A stretch of DNA of 64,000 bases from a virus (lineage: Duplodnaviria; Caudoviricetes). Each line of letters opens with the position of its first letter. Within the stretch, counting starts at the first letter, position 1. Shown here piece after piece: positions 16,845-25,365 of this stretch. The stretch is taken from the IMG/VR virus record IMGVR_UViG_3300044675_007236; one strand, written 5' to 3'. The notes under the pieces were generated by a model. That model was not told the origin of the DNA. It did no database searches and worked only from the letters and a program-made list of their open reading frames with translations. The position numbers were made by a program, and so were the translations under genes.

Positions 16845-16954
16845 AGAGCAGGGTGTATACTGTGCCTCTCGCACTATGATGCTACCAAAGGACCGTTGCC
16901 GATCTCAACCAGCCACCCATCCCGCTTTCCGGTCTAGGCCACACTCTCCTGCTC
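16845..16954 (-). ncRNA. Structured module closed by a 7-bp acceptor-like stem, no canonical T arm
   Basis: GAGCAGG/CCTGCTC terminal stem, GACCG/CGGTC inner stem, GTGC-GAGAG-GCAC hairpin; flanked by T runs. Confidence 0.45.
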
Positions 16955-16957
16955 AAA

Positions 16958-17027
16958 AGGATCGGGCAGGGCTTGAACCTGCATTTCGACGCACCAAAGG
17001 CGCGAGACTTACTTAGTCGACCGATCC
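16958..17027 (-). tRNA. tRNA-Gln(UUG)-like, divergent
   Basis: GGATCGG/CCGATCC acceptor, GAC/GTC D stem, loop CT-TTG-GT, GCAGG-TTCAAGC-CCTGC T arm. Confidence 0.6.
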
Positions 17028-17163
17028 TCGCCGTCTCTCCGGCTGTCTCGTTGTTTAGGCTTCGTGATTTTCAGTTAACTCGGAGTTCATCACCCGAGAA
17101 CGATCCGTACTCCACGGCCACTCACTGGTAGTCACAACGTTTTCACCCGCTATGTAAATCAAA

Positions 17164-17230
17164 ATGACCGTGCGGGGTTCACACCCGCTACTCAAACGTG
17201 AAAAGGGTAATACTTGGTGGTATACGGTCC
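17164..17230 (-). pseudogene. Degenerate tRNA-Glu(UUC)-like element
   Basis: GGACCGT/ACGGTCA acceptor (G1-A72 mismatch), loop TT-TTC-AC on a poorly paired stem, GCGGG-TGTGAAC-CCCGC T arm. Confidence 0.4.
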
Positions 17231-17255
17231 TCGCAACTTAGGCAGTTGCCGCCGA

Positions 17256-17338
17256 AGGTTGAACAGGATTTGTACCTGCGAATCTGCGTTTGTCACGTTG
17301 TCTAATGCTAGCCTGTAGCTAGCTTCCGACTTTCAACC
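17256..17338 (-). tRNA. Degenerate tRNA-like element, loop CT-ACA-GG, long variable region
   Basis: GGTTGAA/TTCAACC acceptor (extends to 9 bp), GCTAG/CTAGC stem, GCAGG-TACAAAT-CCTGT T arm. Confidence 0.45.
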
Positions 17339-17347
17339 TTGTTTCGA

Positions 17348-17752
17348 CTAGCGATAGATAACTGTCGCATACCAACCATTTATACCTCGAGCAACGCCGA
17401 TGTCAATAGCCTGCCGCTGCCCCCAGTAGCAACACTTTGAAACAGCGTGGTTAGCTGACACGGTGGAAAAGCCGACGCCTTCGTAACTACCAGCTCCCAT
17501 GCTACCACCAACATGACGGCAACGACCTTCAGAGGCCTGTCGCTGTGCCTTACGCTGCGCAATGCTTTCGGCCACCACAGTTTGTTGCCGGTGAACTGTC
17601 TCCTGTAACACAGGAACACCGTTGACCGCAACAAGCCTTTCGCCGGGAGCAAGCCTAAACTCGCTGGAAACAACCGGTCTATCCGAAGGACTGGACTGTG
17701 CAAAAGCATTCGAACAACAAACCAAAGCACAGAGCAAAAACAACTTACGCAT
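17348..17752 (-). CDS. Secreted protein, CAP/SCP-like C-terminus
   Basis: Signal peptide MRKLFLLCALVCCSNAFA; HVGG...EGVGFS...CCYWGQR...IGVARG..GWYA. Confidence 0.6.
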   Translation of the reverse strand: MRKLFLLCALVCCSNAFAQSSPSDRPVVSSEFRLAPGERLVAVNGVPVLQETVHRQQTVVAESIAQRKAQRQASEGRCRHVGGSMGAGSYEGVGFSTVSANHAVSKCCYWGQRQAIDIGVARGINGWYATVIYR

Positions 17753-17833
17753 AACTACTCCTACTCGCTATGCTTTCGTCCGTGAAAGCTATTTGAAATT
17801 GCCTAGCTACACTGCTAAGCTGCCGATCTTCCG

Positions 17834-19033
17834 TCACTTGACTGGAAGGCGAGTTACTTTACGCTTAGGCTTGTAGCCTGTCAACTTAGCAGCTGAAATT
17901 TTTTCAAGCGAAGTTACTTTTAGTTTGGCAATTGCCGCTTCGACTTCGTTTATTCTTTGGCGTAAATTCGAATTTTCCAACATTAACGCAGCTTCGTTAG
18001 ACGTCTTTAAAACAATCTCCTTTTCACGTTCGATGCTACTCTTGTTACAATAGCTATCAGATTTTCCAAGAAAAAAACAGTGAACATCCTGTCTGTCTAA
18101 GCGAATACCTAGCGTGCACCAACGGGTAATACACGTGAAAATGTTCAAAAACTGGTCTAACTCAAGCATCATACAGCGTTCCGATTGCGAAGTCCTCGTA
18201 TACGGTTGTATCTTAAACCTAACTTCATATGACTCGCCTAGAAAATTTAAATTTTGTGGTTCGCCTGTTAAATAAATGCCACTGTCGTACATTAATGAAT
18301 AAACGCTTTCAAACAACGCAAAATTGCACTTTTGGTTTCTCAAAGCCAAAAGACTGCTAATGTTGGTTTTTGCACGCGACAAACCACCAAGTAGATAACC
18401 ATAATTTTGCGTTTCTTTACCTGGAGAGAAAAACTTAAAAACTCCATTTCTATCATCGACAAATCCAATAACGCTTAATCCTTCCTTTATAGCTGCATAC
18501 GAATCTTCGTTTCTTCTTCTGTACATGTCATCCAACACCACTTCCAACTTTACACCTTTAAACATTTTACTGAAATGCCTTTCATTGTCGAAGTCTTGGG
18601 AATATTCCGCGTTAAAACGAGTTAAACGTGTTTGATCTAAAAATAAGCCACTTGCATGCAACTTGAATTTAGATTCCTCGAAGTCTCGAATGACTTTAAT
18701 AGCGTCCGCAATCGTTTTACGTTTAATGCCTCCAGCCGTAGTAGTCTGCGAAGTAGCCGCAGTCGTACATTCGCTCCAGTCTATCGTATAATTCATACTG
18801 TCTTCCGGAAAATTTGTAAGGTTGTTGCTGACGTTCTTAATTCTACCCGGTATTCTAACCGGTTTAACGGTTTTACAAGCCTCAGACACCAACTCCATGA
18901 TAGAATTTGCAGCCCGAGCCACGGGAGACCCTTGAGAACCCTGGTCAGAAATCAGCTCAGGCACATCTATCGGCCATAAAACATGACGTTCAATTTCGTG
19001 AAACGTCAAATAAGATGCAATCTTTTTAAGCAT
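17834..19033 (-). CDS. Hypothetical protein with C-terminal coiled coil
   Basis: Long ORF; ATG at 19033 with AGGAAAG upstream. Confidence 0.65.
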   Translation of the reverse strand: MLKKIASYLTFHEIERHVLWPIDVPELISDQGSQGSPVARAANSIMELVSEACKTVKPVRIPGRIKNVSNNLTNFPEDSMNYTIDWSECTTAATSQTTTAGGIKRKTIADAIKVIRDFEESKFKLHASGLFLDQTRLTRFNAEYSQDFDNERHFSKMFKGVKLEVVLDDMYRRRNEDSYAAIKEGLSVIGFVDDRNGVFKFFSPGKETQNYGYLLGGLSRAKTNISSLLALRNQKCNFALFESVYSLMYDSGIYLTGEPQNLNFLGESYEVRFKIQPYTRTSQSERCMMLELDQFLNIFTCITRWCTLGIRLDRQDVHCFFLGKSDSYCNKSSIEREKEIVLKTSNEAALMLENSNLRQRINEVEAAIAKLKVTSLEKISAAKLTGYKPKRKVTRLPVK

Positions 19034-19152
19034 AGCTTTCCTTTCTAAAACGACAAACAAGCCAGCTGGAAAGATAACGAAAAACTGGCAAGTGTCAAGT
19101 AAAAAAATACCCGGCACGCGCCGGGTATTAAGTAAGCTAAAAGCGTAATTAG

Positions 19153-20289
19153 CTACAGCTGAAAATCGTCAGGTTGTTGAGAAAACAAACCTGCAAGATT
19201 TTGTATTCCACCACCTAATCCGCCTCGCATTTTTGCAAACAAATCGTACAAATTGCTAGGTTTAGCCGTTTGTTGCCCTGCTTGACGACCTAACAAACCA
19301 AACAAAGCTCTAGGATCAAGCCCAGATAGATTTGGTGGAATCATATTTGAAACGGATTTAGGTGCAACGCTTTGACTTTGATCAAGCATTTGGCTGTACG
19401 GTGACTGCATTGCAGTCGAAACATCTGGGACGGTTTGAGAATCCATTAACTGTGCAGGTCGCTGCGGCACAGCGGACGGCATTAGCAGGCTTTCTGGAGC
19501 TTGTGCTTCAGGTAAAGGCGTAGAAACAGGAGGGGTTTGTGCAGGCTCTGGAATAGGCACAGGAGCTAACTCAGTCGCTACGGCAGGTGTGGGCGACTTA
19601 TTCATTGCGGCTTGTCGTTGTTTAAGTGTTCTAGGCCCTAAACTAACAGTAGGATTACCTCGGTCTCTAAACGCTTGAAATTTAGCTTTAGCTGCTGCGT
19701 CATACTCTCGTTCAGCGGCTGTCGGCCCTACAGGTCTACCTACTGGCATAGTACCACCAGGAACAATATCCGCTATCACAGGATTACCGCTAGGTCCCGT
19801 ACCGTAGTTTATTTGATTAGACATACCAGGTCGCATCTGCGGCTTAGGGGCAAGCCTCGCAGGATCCGGTGATCGCATCGCGGCGTAATTCGGATTTTGT
19901 GTATTAAATAAATTGGTTCCTGGGCTTTTAGCTACGTTTTTTAAGTCATAAGCTGTATCACTAACAGAACTAGGTGCTTTTAAAGCAGCAGGAGCTTTCG
20001 GAGCGGCAGGAGCTCCAGGTAGTTTAGGTGACGAAGCAGCACTAAACGAAACTTTGGTCATAGAAGGTCGCAGAAGTTGTTCACGGCCTTTTGCACCTGG
20101 AACTGGCGACATATGCTGTGTCGTGCTACCTCTAGGTGCAAACTTGTATGCGTTTTGCAACTTATCTGCTGCTAGTTTGACAAGAAAAGCTCGTATTTGC
20201 TTTCGGCTGTTTGCCTTCTTACAAAGAGCTTTTACAACGCAGGAACTAACAGCAGATTTGATTATTTGAGGTAGCATTTCAATCTCCAC
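19153..20289 (-). CDS. Pro/Ala-rich low-complexity protein (K-x-A motif family)
   Basis: KKAN and KLAA near N-terminus; PAPA-rich body. Confidence 0.65.
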   Translation of the reverse strand: MEIEMLPQIIKSAVSSCVVKALCKKANSRKQIRAFLVKLAADKLQNAYKFAPRGSTTQHMSPVPGAKGREQLLRPSMTKVSFSAASSPKLPGAPAAPKAPAALKAPSSVSDTAYDLKNVAKSPGTNLFNTQNPNYAAMRSPDPARLAPKPQMRPGMSNQINYGTGPSGNPVIADIVPGGTMPVGRPVGPTAAEREYDAAAKAKFQAFRDRGNPTVSLGPRTLKQRQAAMNKSPTPAVATELAPVPIPEPAQTPPVSTPLPEAQAPESLLMPSAVPQRPAQLMDSQTVPDVSTAMQSPYSQMLDQSQSVAPKSVSNMIPPNLSGLDPRALFGLLGRQAGQQTAKPSNLYDLFAKMRGGLGGGIQNLAGLFSQQPDDFQL

Positions 20290-20822
20290 TAACTGGCAGA
20301 TTCTTCGGTTCCAAAGTCTTCGGCAGTAACCTCTAAACCAAGCATTCCTGGTTTAGGCGGAGCAATCGTATCTTTAAGTTCTGTGCTAAAGACACTAGCT
20401 TCCGACCGGTTGTCAGCATTATCAATGTCTACAAGCGACAAAGTAACGCTAGCTCCGTCCGGTCCGCTGAGTGCTGGAACCTCAGACGAGTCGGCGTCAA
20501 GCTCGAGCACTTGAATACTACCGTTGATCTCGACAGTCAGTTCTCTGGCTACAACGTCAGGAGCAGATTTTGGTGGAAGATAGACGACGAACAAAAGCGA
20601 ATCAGACATACGGTTTTCTCCTATGATTTGAACCGTTATTTTACCTGGACCAAGCCTAAACAACAATTTCTTTTGGGTCGCTTCAATCTCATTCAAACGC
20701 TTGATTAGATTTCGGTAAAGCAAAAAACGAGTGTCAGCGGCGACCGTTTGGCTTGAATTAATCAGAAAACAAAATTGCCTGATTTTTTCAAGTTGTTTTC
20801 GATTGTAATCAAAAGGCCACAT
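20289..20822 (-). CDS. Beta-sandwich (Fn3/Ig-like) protein
   Basis: Alternating beta-strand pattern ending DNADNRSEAS...DTIAPPKPG; ATG at 20822. Confidence 0.45.
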   Translation of the reverse strand: MWPFDYNRKQLEKIRQFCFLINSSQTVAADTRFLLYRNLIKRLNEIEATQKKLLFRLGPGKITVQIIGENRMSDSLLFVVYLPPKSAPDVVARELTVEINGSIQVLELDADSSEVPALSGPDGASVTLSLVDIDNADNRSEASVFSTELKDTIAPPKPGMLGLEVTAEDFGTEESAS

Positions 20823-20839
20823 AATAAAGCCTATACGAA

Positions 20840-20876
20840 ACAATCCCGTCTAAGCACAAGACCTAGACGGGATTGT
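20840..20876. repeat. 13-bp perfect inverted repeat (ACAATCCCGTCTA / TAGACGGGATTGT)
   Basis: Direct reading; lies just upstream of the 20822 start. Confidence 0.85.
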
Positions 20877-20950
20877 CCGAGATACGGATCACCCCCTTAA
20901 AGGTAAATGTACATAGACTGTTTCTACTCCTAGAAAAGTCAAACGTGCAA

Positions 20951-20991
20951 CAAAAGCAACGCTTCGGCTAATTATAGCTCCGGAAGCGTTG
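20951..20991 (-). terminator. Probable intrinsic terminator
   Basis: CAACGCTTC/GAAGCGTTG stem followed by CTTTTGTT on minus strand. Confidence 0.55.
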
Positions 20992-21260
20992 GACTCGATA
21001 GATTAAAAGTGAGCTGGTTAGTTACGCCTGGGCTAAACCCTCGATCGAAACTTGTTGACCACATCAACAGAGGTTTCAGGCTCACCGGGAAGGATGCTGA
21101 CGCAGACAGTTTAACCCGGAGCAGAACACACTGCTAATAACTAACCGAAGCACGCATGCGAAGGATTTTACTGCGTCGTGCTTACGTCTCCGTTAGAAGA
21201 CGCAAGATTGCAAGGCAAAATTGATTAACCTTCGACCTTGCAACCACACTCTCACTGTGG
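20992..21260 (-). ncRNA. Candidate structured RNA with pseudoknot (strand inferred)
   Basis: No ORF; at least 7 helices; crossing stems 21009-14/21080-85 and 21016-24/21138-46. Confidence 0.5.
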
Positions 21261-21261
21261 C

Positions 21262-22890
21262 TTATACTCCTTGTGCTGGCGGAGGCATCATAGGTGGATG
21301 CCAATTTTTAGGTGGCTGTGTCGGAGCAACGGGCGGTTTTGCAGCCGTAGGTGCTCTACCGGTAAACTGACTCAATGCATCCGGGTTCTGCATTAGGTAG
21401 TAAATAAGCGGCAAACCGATTGCACCGCCAAATGCACCGCCGCCACCGCCTAGCATACCCCCACCAGCCGCACCTAACCCCATAGAAGCTATAAGCGGTA
21501 TCAACCAACTTTTGTTCTGCTCAAACATTCCTGGCAGGTCGAAACCACCGCCACCACTGTTCATCTTTTCACCTAGCTGCAATAATGGAGCTAGTTTAGG
21601 ATGCTCAACCATTTTGTTAATCATGTCATCAGTAGTCGGCATTCCGGCTCGCATAAGTTGACCACCTAAGCCCATACCGACAGCTGTTGAACCTATTGTG
21701 TTTGCCGCTCCGCCTACCCAGCTAGGAAGCCACTTCTTGGCTGCGGCTGGGTCTAAACTCGGTGCAGCTTTAGGTGCTGCGTTTTGAATACCGGTGGAAA
21801 CAGACTTAACCGCAGGTGCTGCTTTTTGCGATGCTCCAAATAAGCCAGGTGCATACTTCTGACCTAAATTCTTACCTGCGTTTAGTAAATTTGGAGCGGC
21901 TGACCTACCTGCCGATATCATACCTCCCAACGGCGGATAACCTGTTAACATAGGCTTATTCGAGGGCTGGTAATCGGGTTTAATCGGTGCAAGATCGTTC
22001 GCCTTGTCTAACGCAGCAGGCGAACTAAGCGAAGGAGTACCGAAACCACTTAACTTATCGAACCCAACCTTTAGCTCACTTGCAATCTTCTTACCAAACT
22101 TACGCTCTGCCAAATCAATTGCTTGCTTGATTTGTGTTGCGCTTTGACCTGCTGCAACCATACGACCAAAGAAGCTAGCTTGAAAGTTGTTAAGCCCAGC
22201 TCGCTTAAAGCGATCTAGGCTTTCAAACGCTTTTTCACCGTTAGCTGTATCTTCAGGATTTATCTTGTACTTGTGTTTACCTTCACCCGTTGCAGACAGG
22301 CACATCGACCCGACTTTAGCTAAAGTTTCTTGAATTCCAGACGTGTCAGCTTTCGTAACGGCGGGAGCTTTCACGCTGGCAAGTGGATTTGGTTTACCGG
22401 CTAGTCTAGGTTGGTATGAGCCTGAAAAACGTGGTGCTAGCGGTAGACCCATTCCAGGTTGCATTGCAGGTAGCATGTTTGCCTCTTTTGTTTGTTTGTT
22501 AGCTTTGAGTAACTCTGAAATGTCTGCTTTCAAGGTATCGTGACAATCTTCCAACGCATTCATTTGAGCTAGCGTTAACCATTTGTGTTCGTCGTGCTCA
22601 CTTGGTTCTGTTTTAACATCTGGCTTTGTGCCGCTAGCCCTAGCCAGAAACAACCGAATACGTTTTCCGTCGCCTGAGCGTTTATTTGTCGTGCCGCCTA
22701 GTAATTGTACTGAAAGACCTGTCTCTTCCGCTACCTCACGCAAGGCTGCGGCACTAGGACTTTCGCCGGAATCACGATGACCTAGCGGCGGTTCCCATTG
22801 ACCAGCCCTTGTGTTACGCTTGCTTCGACGGATGACAAGAAAATTATCAGCTTCGTCAAGCACTACGGTTAGGCAAACATCAGGCTGCAT
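21262..22890 (-). CDS. Nudix hydrolase fused to Pro/Gly-rich glycine-zipper region
   Basis: Nudix box GHRDSGESPSAAALREVAEETGL; ATG at 22890 because the ORF-track start lies inside tRNA-Thr. Confidence 0.85.
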   Translation of the reverse strand: MQPDVCLTVVLDEADNFLVIRRSKRNTRAGQWEPPLGHRDSGESPSAAALREVAEETGLSVQLLGGTTNKRSGDGKRIRLFLARASGTKPDVKTEPSEHDEHKWLTLAQMNALEDCHDTLKADISELLKANKQTKEANMLPAMQPGMGLPLAPRFSGSYQPRLAGKPNPLASVKAPAVTKADTSGIQETLAKVGSMCLSATGEGKHKYKINPEDTANGEKAFESLDRFKRAGLNNFQASFFGRMVAAGQSATQIKQAIDLAERKFGKKIASELKVGFDKLSGFGTPSLSSPAALDKANDLAPIKPDYQPSNKPMLTGYPPLGGMISAGRSAAPNLLNAGKNLGQKYAPGLFGASQKAAPAVKSVSTGIQNAAPKAAPSLDPAAAKKWLPSWVGGAANTIGSTAVGMGLGGQLMRAGMPTTDDMINKMVEHPKLAPLLQLGEKMNSGGGGFDLPGMFEQNKSWLIPLIASMGLGAAGGGMLGGGGGAFGGAIGLPLIYYLMQNPDALSQFTGRAPTAAKPPVAPTQPPKNWHPPMMPPPAQGV

Positions 22891-22917
22891 TTTGCTAAAT
22901 CTGCTTTTAGGGATTAA

Positions 22918-22990
22918 AGGCCTCGACAGGTTTCGAACCTGCAACCTGCTGATTACAAATCAGCTGCTCTACCAGTTGAGCTACAAGGCC
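22918..22990 (-). tRNA. trnT: tRNA-Thr(UGU)
   Basis: Fully canonical cloverleaf: GGCCTTG/CGAGGCC, GCTGA-TT-TGT-AA-TCAGC, GCAGG-TTCGAAA-CCTGT; no encoded CCA. Confidence 0.97.
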
Positions 22991-22996
22991 TTGCAA

Positions 22997-23644
22997 CTAC
23001 TCGTTCCAAAGGCTATCTGAAATGCTCTGCAACTTTCTAGCAAAAAAGTAGTAAACGGCTTCAAAAAATTCTCGCATGAAGTCGTTCAAAAGAAAAACGA
23101 TTATCGAAAACGGCCAAAACAAAAACCAGCCTATAAAGCGGTCTTTGTAATTAGCGATACTTGGCTGCGTGACTACCGAAAACTGCTTAATGAAAGCTTC
23201 AGCTATTTTCTTAATTTCTAAATCTTGACTTTTTGAAGCCGTTACAGGATCTCTAAGAACAGAGTTCCTAACATAAGTTTTCCAATCGGCAACCTTTAGT
23301 AGCTCAACGTCGCGTAAACCTGGCAGTTTGTTTTCCGCAATCGCCTGAATAAAACTATCGAAGTTAGCGTTACGTTCCTTGACTTTTGCCTTAACAAGCT
23401 TTCGCCACTTAAAAAAAGCCCATACGATGCCAAGAAGCAAGTAGACGCCTGCGGTCAGCCCTATCAGCCCGATGTTGTCTCTAGCGTAGGAAAATACATC
23501 GTACTTGAACCCAAACTGCGTTACACCGAAAAACAGTGCAAAGCAAATAAGCAACCAGAGCAGGTTGTCATATGCGGCATTAAACAAAAGCAATCCGAAA
23601 CAAAGACCGCAAAAAATCAAAAACAAAAAATTAAAACCATCCAT
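22997..23644 (-). CDS. Multi-pass membrane protein
   Basis: Three N-terminal hydrophobic segments and a C-terminal WFLFWPFSIIVFLL segment. Confidence 0.7.
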   Translation of the reverse strand: MDGFNFLFLIFCGLCFGLLLFNAAYDNLLWLLICFALFFGVTQFGFKYDVFSYARDNIGLIGLTAGVYLLLGIVWAFFKWRKLVKAKVKERNANFDSFIQAIAENKLPGLRDVELLKVADWKTYVRNSVLRDPVTASKSQDLEIKKIAEAFIKQFSVVTQPSIANYKDRFIGWFLFWPFSIIVFLLNDFMREFFEAVYYFFARKLQSISDSLWNE

Positions 23645-23648
23645 CAGC

Positions 23649-24359
23649 CTAAACCCTTATAAAAGAGGCTAACACTCGTGCGGCAGCTTCTTTTGAAGCT
23701 GTTTCCCGCTTTTCCGTTTGACGCCGAAGCATCCAGTGATACTTCTCAAGTTTTTGCGTCATGTCCTGTAACATGTTACTGGTTACAGGGTCATCGTCTG
23801 TATCAGAGATAGCTTCTTTAAATTTGTCAACAAGCGTAGAAAGCCTAATGGTCATTTCTTCCAAAATACTATCAGCTTGCATGAATTTTGTAGGCAACGC
23901 CGTTAAAGCGGATCTTGCGGCTACTTCAGCCGGGGAGCTATCTGCCGGGCTATCAAGTGTAGCCATGCGTTCGGCGATATCGTCAGTAAGTTTGTCTAAG
24001 AGCTCGTAACCATCGCCAAGAAAATCATGCAGAAGCTTAAACATTGTGCCTTGAGCATTCCAGTGACACTTTTTAAGCATTGAAGAGGCATCAATGCAAT
24101 TGTAAAGCAGATCCTGGAGAACTTCTGTACACGACATTTTTTCGTCTCTTTTGGGTTGGTTACTTGAAAAACCGATACGGATAGTCATTTTCCGCAGGAT
24201 TATTGTAGCAGCCTGTTTAGCCAAAGTCGCCATCGAATTTACTCTTGAGTCGATGACAGACGGGTCGATGTGCAGACGAAAGTTTGTAGGTTGGTGTGTG
24301 ACGCCCTTATATCGACCCTTCTGATCGTCAACAATCCAGTCCTGAGGAGCTTGTTGCAT
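23649..24359 (-). CDS. dps: Dps/ferritin-like protein with N-terminal extension
   Basis: KKCHWNAQG..FKLLHDFLGD.YE.L....DDIAERM ferroxidase signature. Confidence 0.85.
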   Translation of the reverse strand: MQQAPQDWIVDDQKGRYKGVTHQPTNFRLHIDPSVIDSRVNSMATLAKQAATIILRKMTIRIGFSSNQPKRDEKMSCTEVLQDLLYNCIDASSMLKKCHWNAQGTMFKLLHDFLGDGYELLDKLTDDIAERMATLDSPADSSPAEVAARSALTALPTKFMQADSILEEMTIRLSTLVDKFKEAISDTDDDPVTSNMLQDMTQKLEKYHWMLRRQTEKRETASKEAAARVLASFIRV

Positions 24360-25111
24360 CAGATTGCGTACGATTCGCCTCTACCTTCGGATCGAGTCCA
24401 AGCTCCTTCGGCCTGCTTCAAACGGCCAACAGCAAGTAGCGATACAAGTTTATCCACTGCACCGGCTTTAACTGTAGCATTCCAAGCCTTGCTGTCTGGA
24501 TAGTCTTTTTCACCCGGTTTGGCTGGCTTTTCACCTCTTTGCCTTTTGGCGTGGACATTATCCCAAAGGCCCCGTTTACCTGCCGCTTTGATAATAAGCT
24601 TGGCGGCGGCAATTTTTATAGCTAGCGGCGGGTTTGAATCAGAGTTACATTCACAAGGATCTGCACCGCGGTTGTCGCACTCTTGGGAGCTGCAGTTGTA
24701 ATCTGCGGCTTTCTTTTCTTTTTTCTTAGCCTTAGAACCTGTCGGCCTGCAGCTGTCTTCACTGTAAGGTGTTTTTCCCGGCACAGGTTCATAACCTTTC
24801 CAACAGCGAGATGCTGCGACCTTGTCTAAATGCCGATTAAGTACTCTAGATAGAAGTACGCCTAAACCGGCACCTGCGCCGCCGATAGAACCACTTACTA
24901 GGTTTTGTTTTAGTCGCTGAAGCTTGCTCTCGGGGGATTTATCCGTTTCAAATGCTTCGGAAATTGGATGGTGTGCTGCCCCTAATCCTGCTCCAAGTAA
25001 GGCACCGCCTCCAGCCATAGCCAAAGGTAGCCCGACATAGTTAAAAAGAGCATTGCTGTCAGATGCGGCTTGTTTAGCCAAGGTCCTTATGTCAAGCATA
25101 GTTAATTCCAC
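24359..25111 (-). CDS. Glycine-zipper, multi-module basic protein
   Basis: Two glycine zippers, CWKGY, GLWDNVHAKR and AWTRSEG mini-modules separated by K-x-A-A motifs. Confidence 0.7.
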   Translation of the reverse strand: MELTMLDIRTLAKQAASDSNALFNYVGLPLAMAGGGALLGAGLGAAHHPISEAFETDKSPESKLQRLKQNLVSGSIGGAGAGLGVLLSRVLNRHLDKVAASRCWKGYEPVPGKTPYSEDSCRPTGSKAKKKEKKAADYNCSSQECDNRGADPCECNSDSNPPLAIKIAAAKLIIKAAGKRGLWDNVHAKRQRGEKPAKPGEKDYPDSKAWNATVKAGAVDKLVSLLAVGRLKQAEGAWTRSEGRGESYAI

Positions 25112-25113
25112 AA

Positions 25114-25347
25114 TTAGGTATTTCTAGAAAGCTTATCAATAAGAGTTTTTAGCCAAGCACCTGAAATAGCTCGACCAGGTTCAGTTCCAACAAGATAAGA
25201 ACCATCGCCGCCTAAACCAGCCCCGCTCAAACCACCAGCCAAAGTGGTAGTTAGCTGCGTAGGACGGCCATTTTGAAAGAAATTATCTTTCAAATTAGCT
25301 TTTTTTACAGCCAGCTCAGCTAACGCAGCTACAGCAAGTTCACACAT
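25114..25347 (-). CDS. Short glycine-zipper protein (possibly truncated)
   Basis: VKKAN motif and AGGLSGAGLGG. Confidence 0.5.
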   Translation of the reverse strand: MCELAVAALAELAVKKANLKDNFFQNGRPTQLTTTLAGGLSGAGLGGDGSYLVGTEPGRAISGAWLKTLIDKLSRNT

Positions 25348-25365
25348 CTTGTGCGTTGAACCCTG

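Noticed and set aside
20880-20900. GGGGGTGATCCG on the minus strand resembling a tmRNA 5' end
   Set aside because: No matching T arm and CCA end either downstream or in permuted order; downstream sequence is coding
22891-22944. ORF-track start of the Nudix fusion
   Set aside because: It lies inside the canonical tRNA-Thr; ATG at 22890 is used instead
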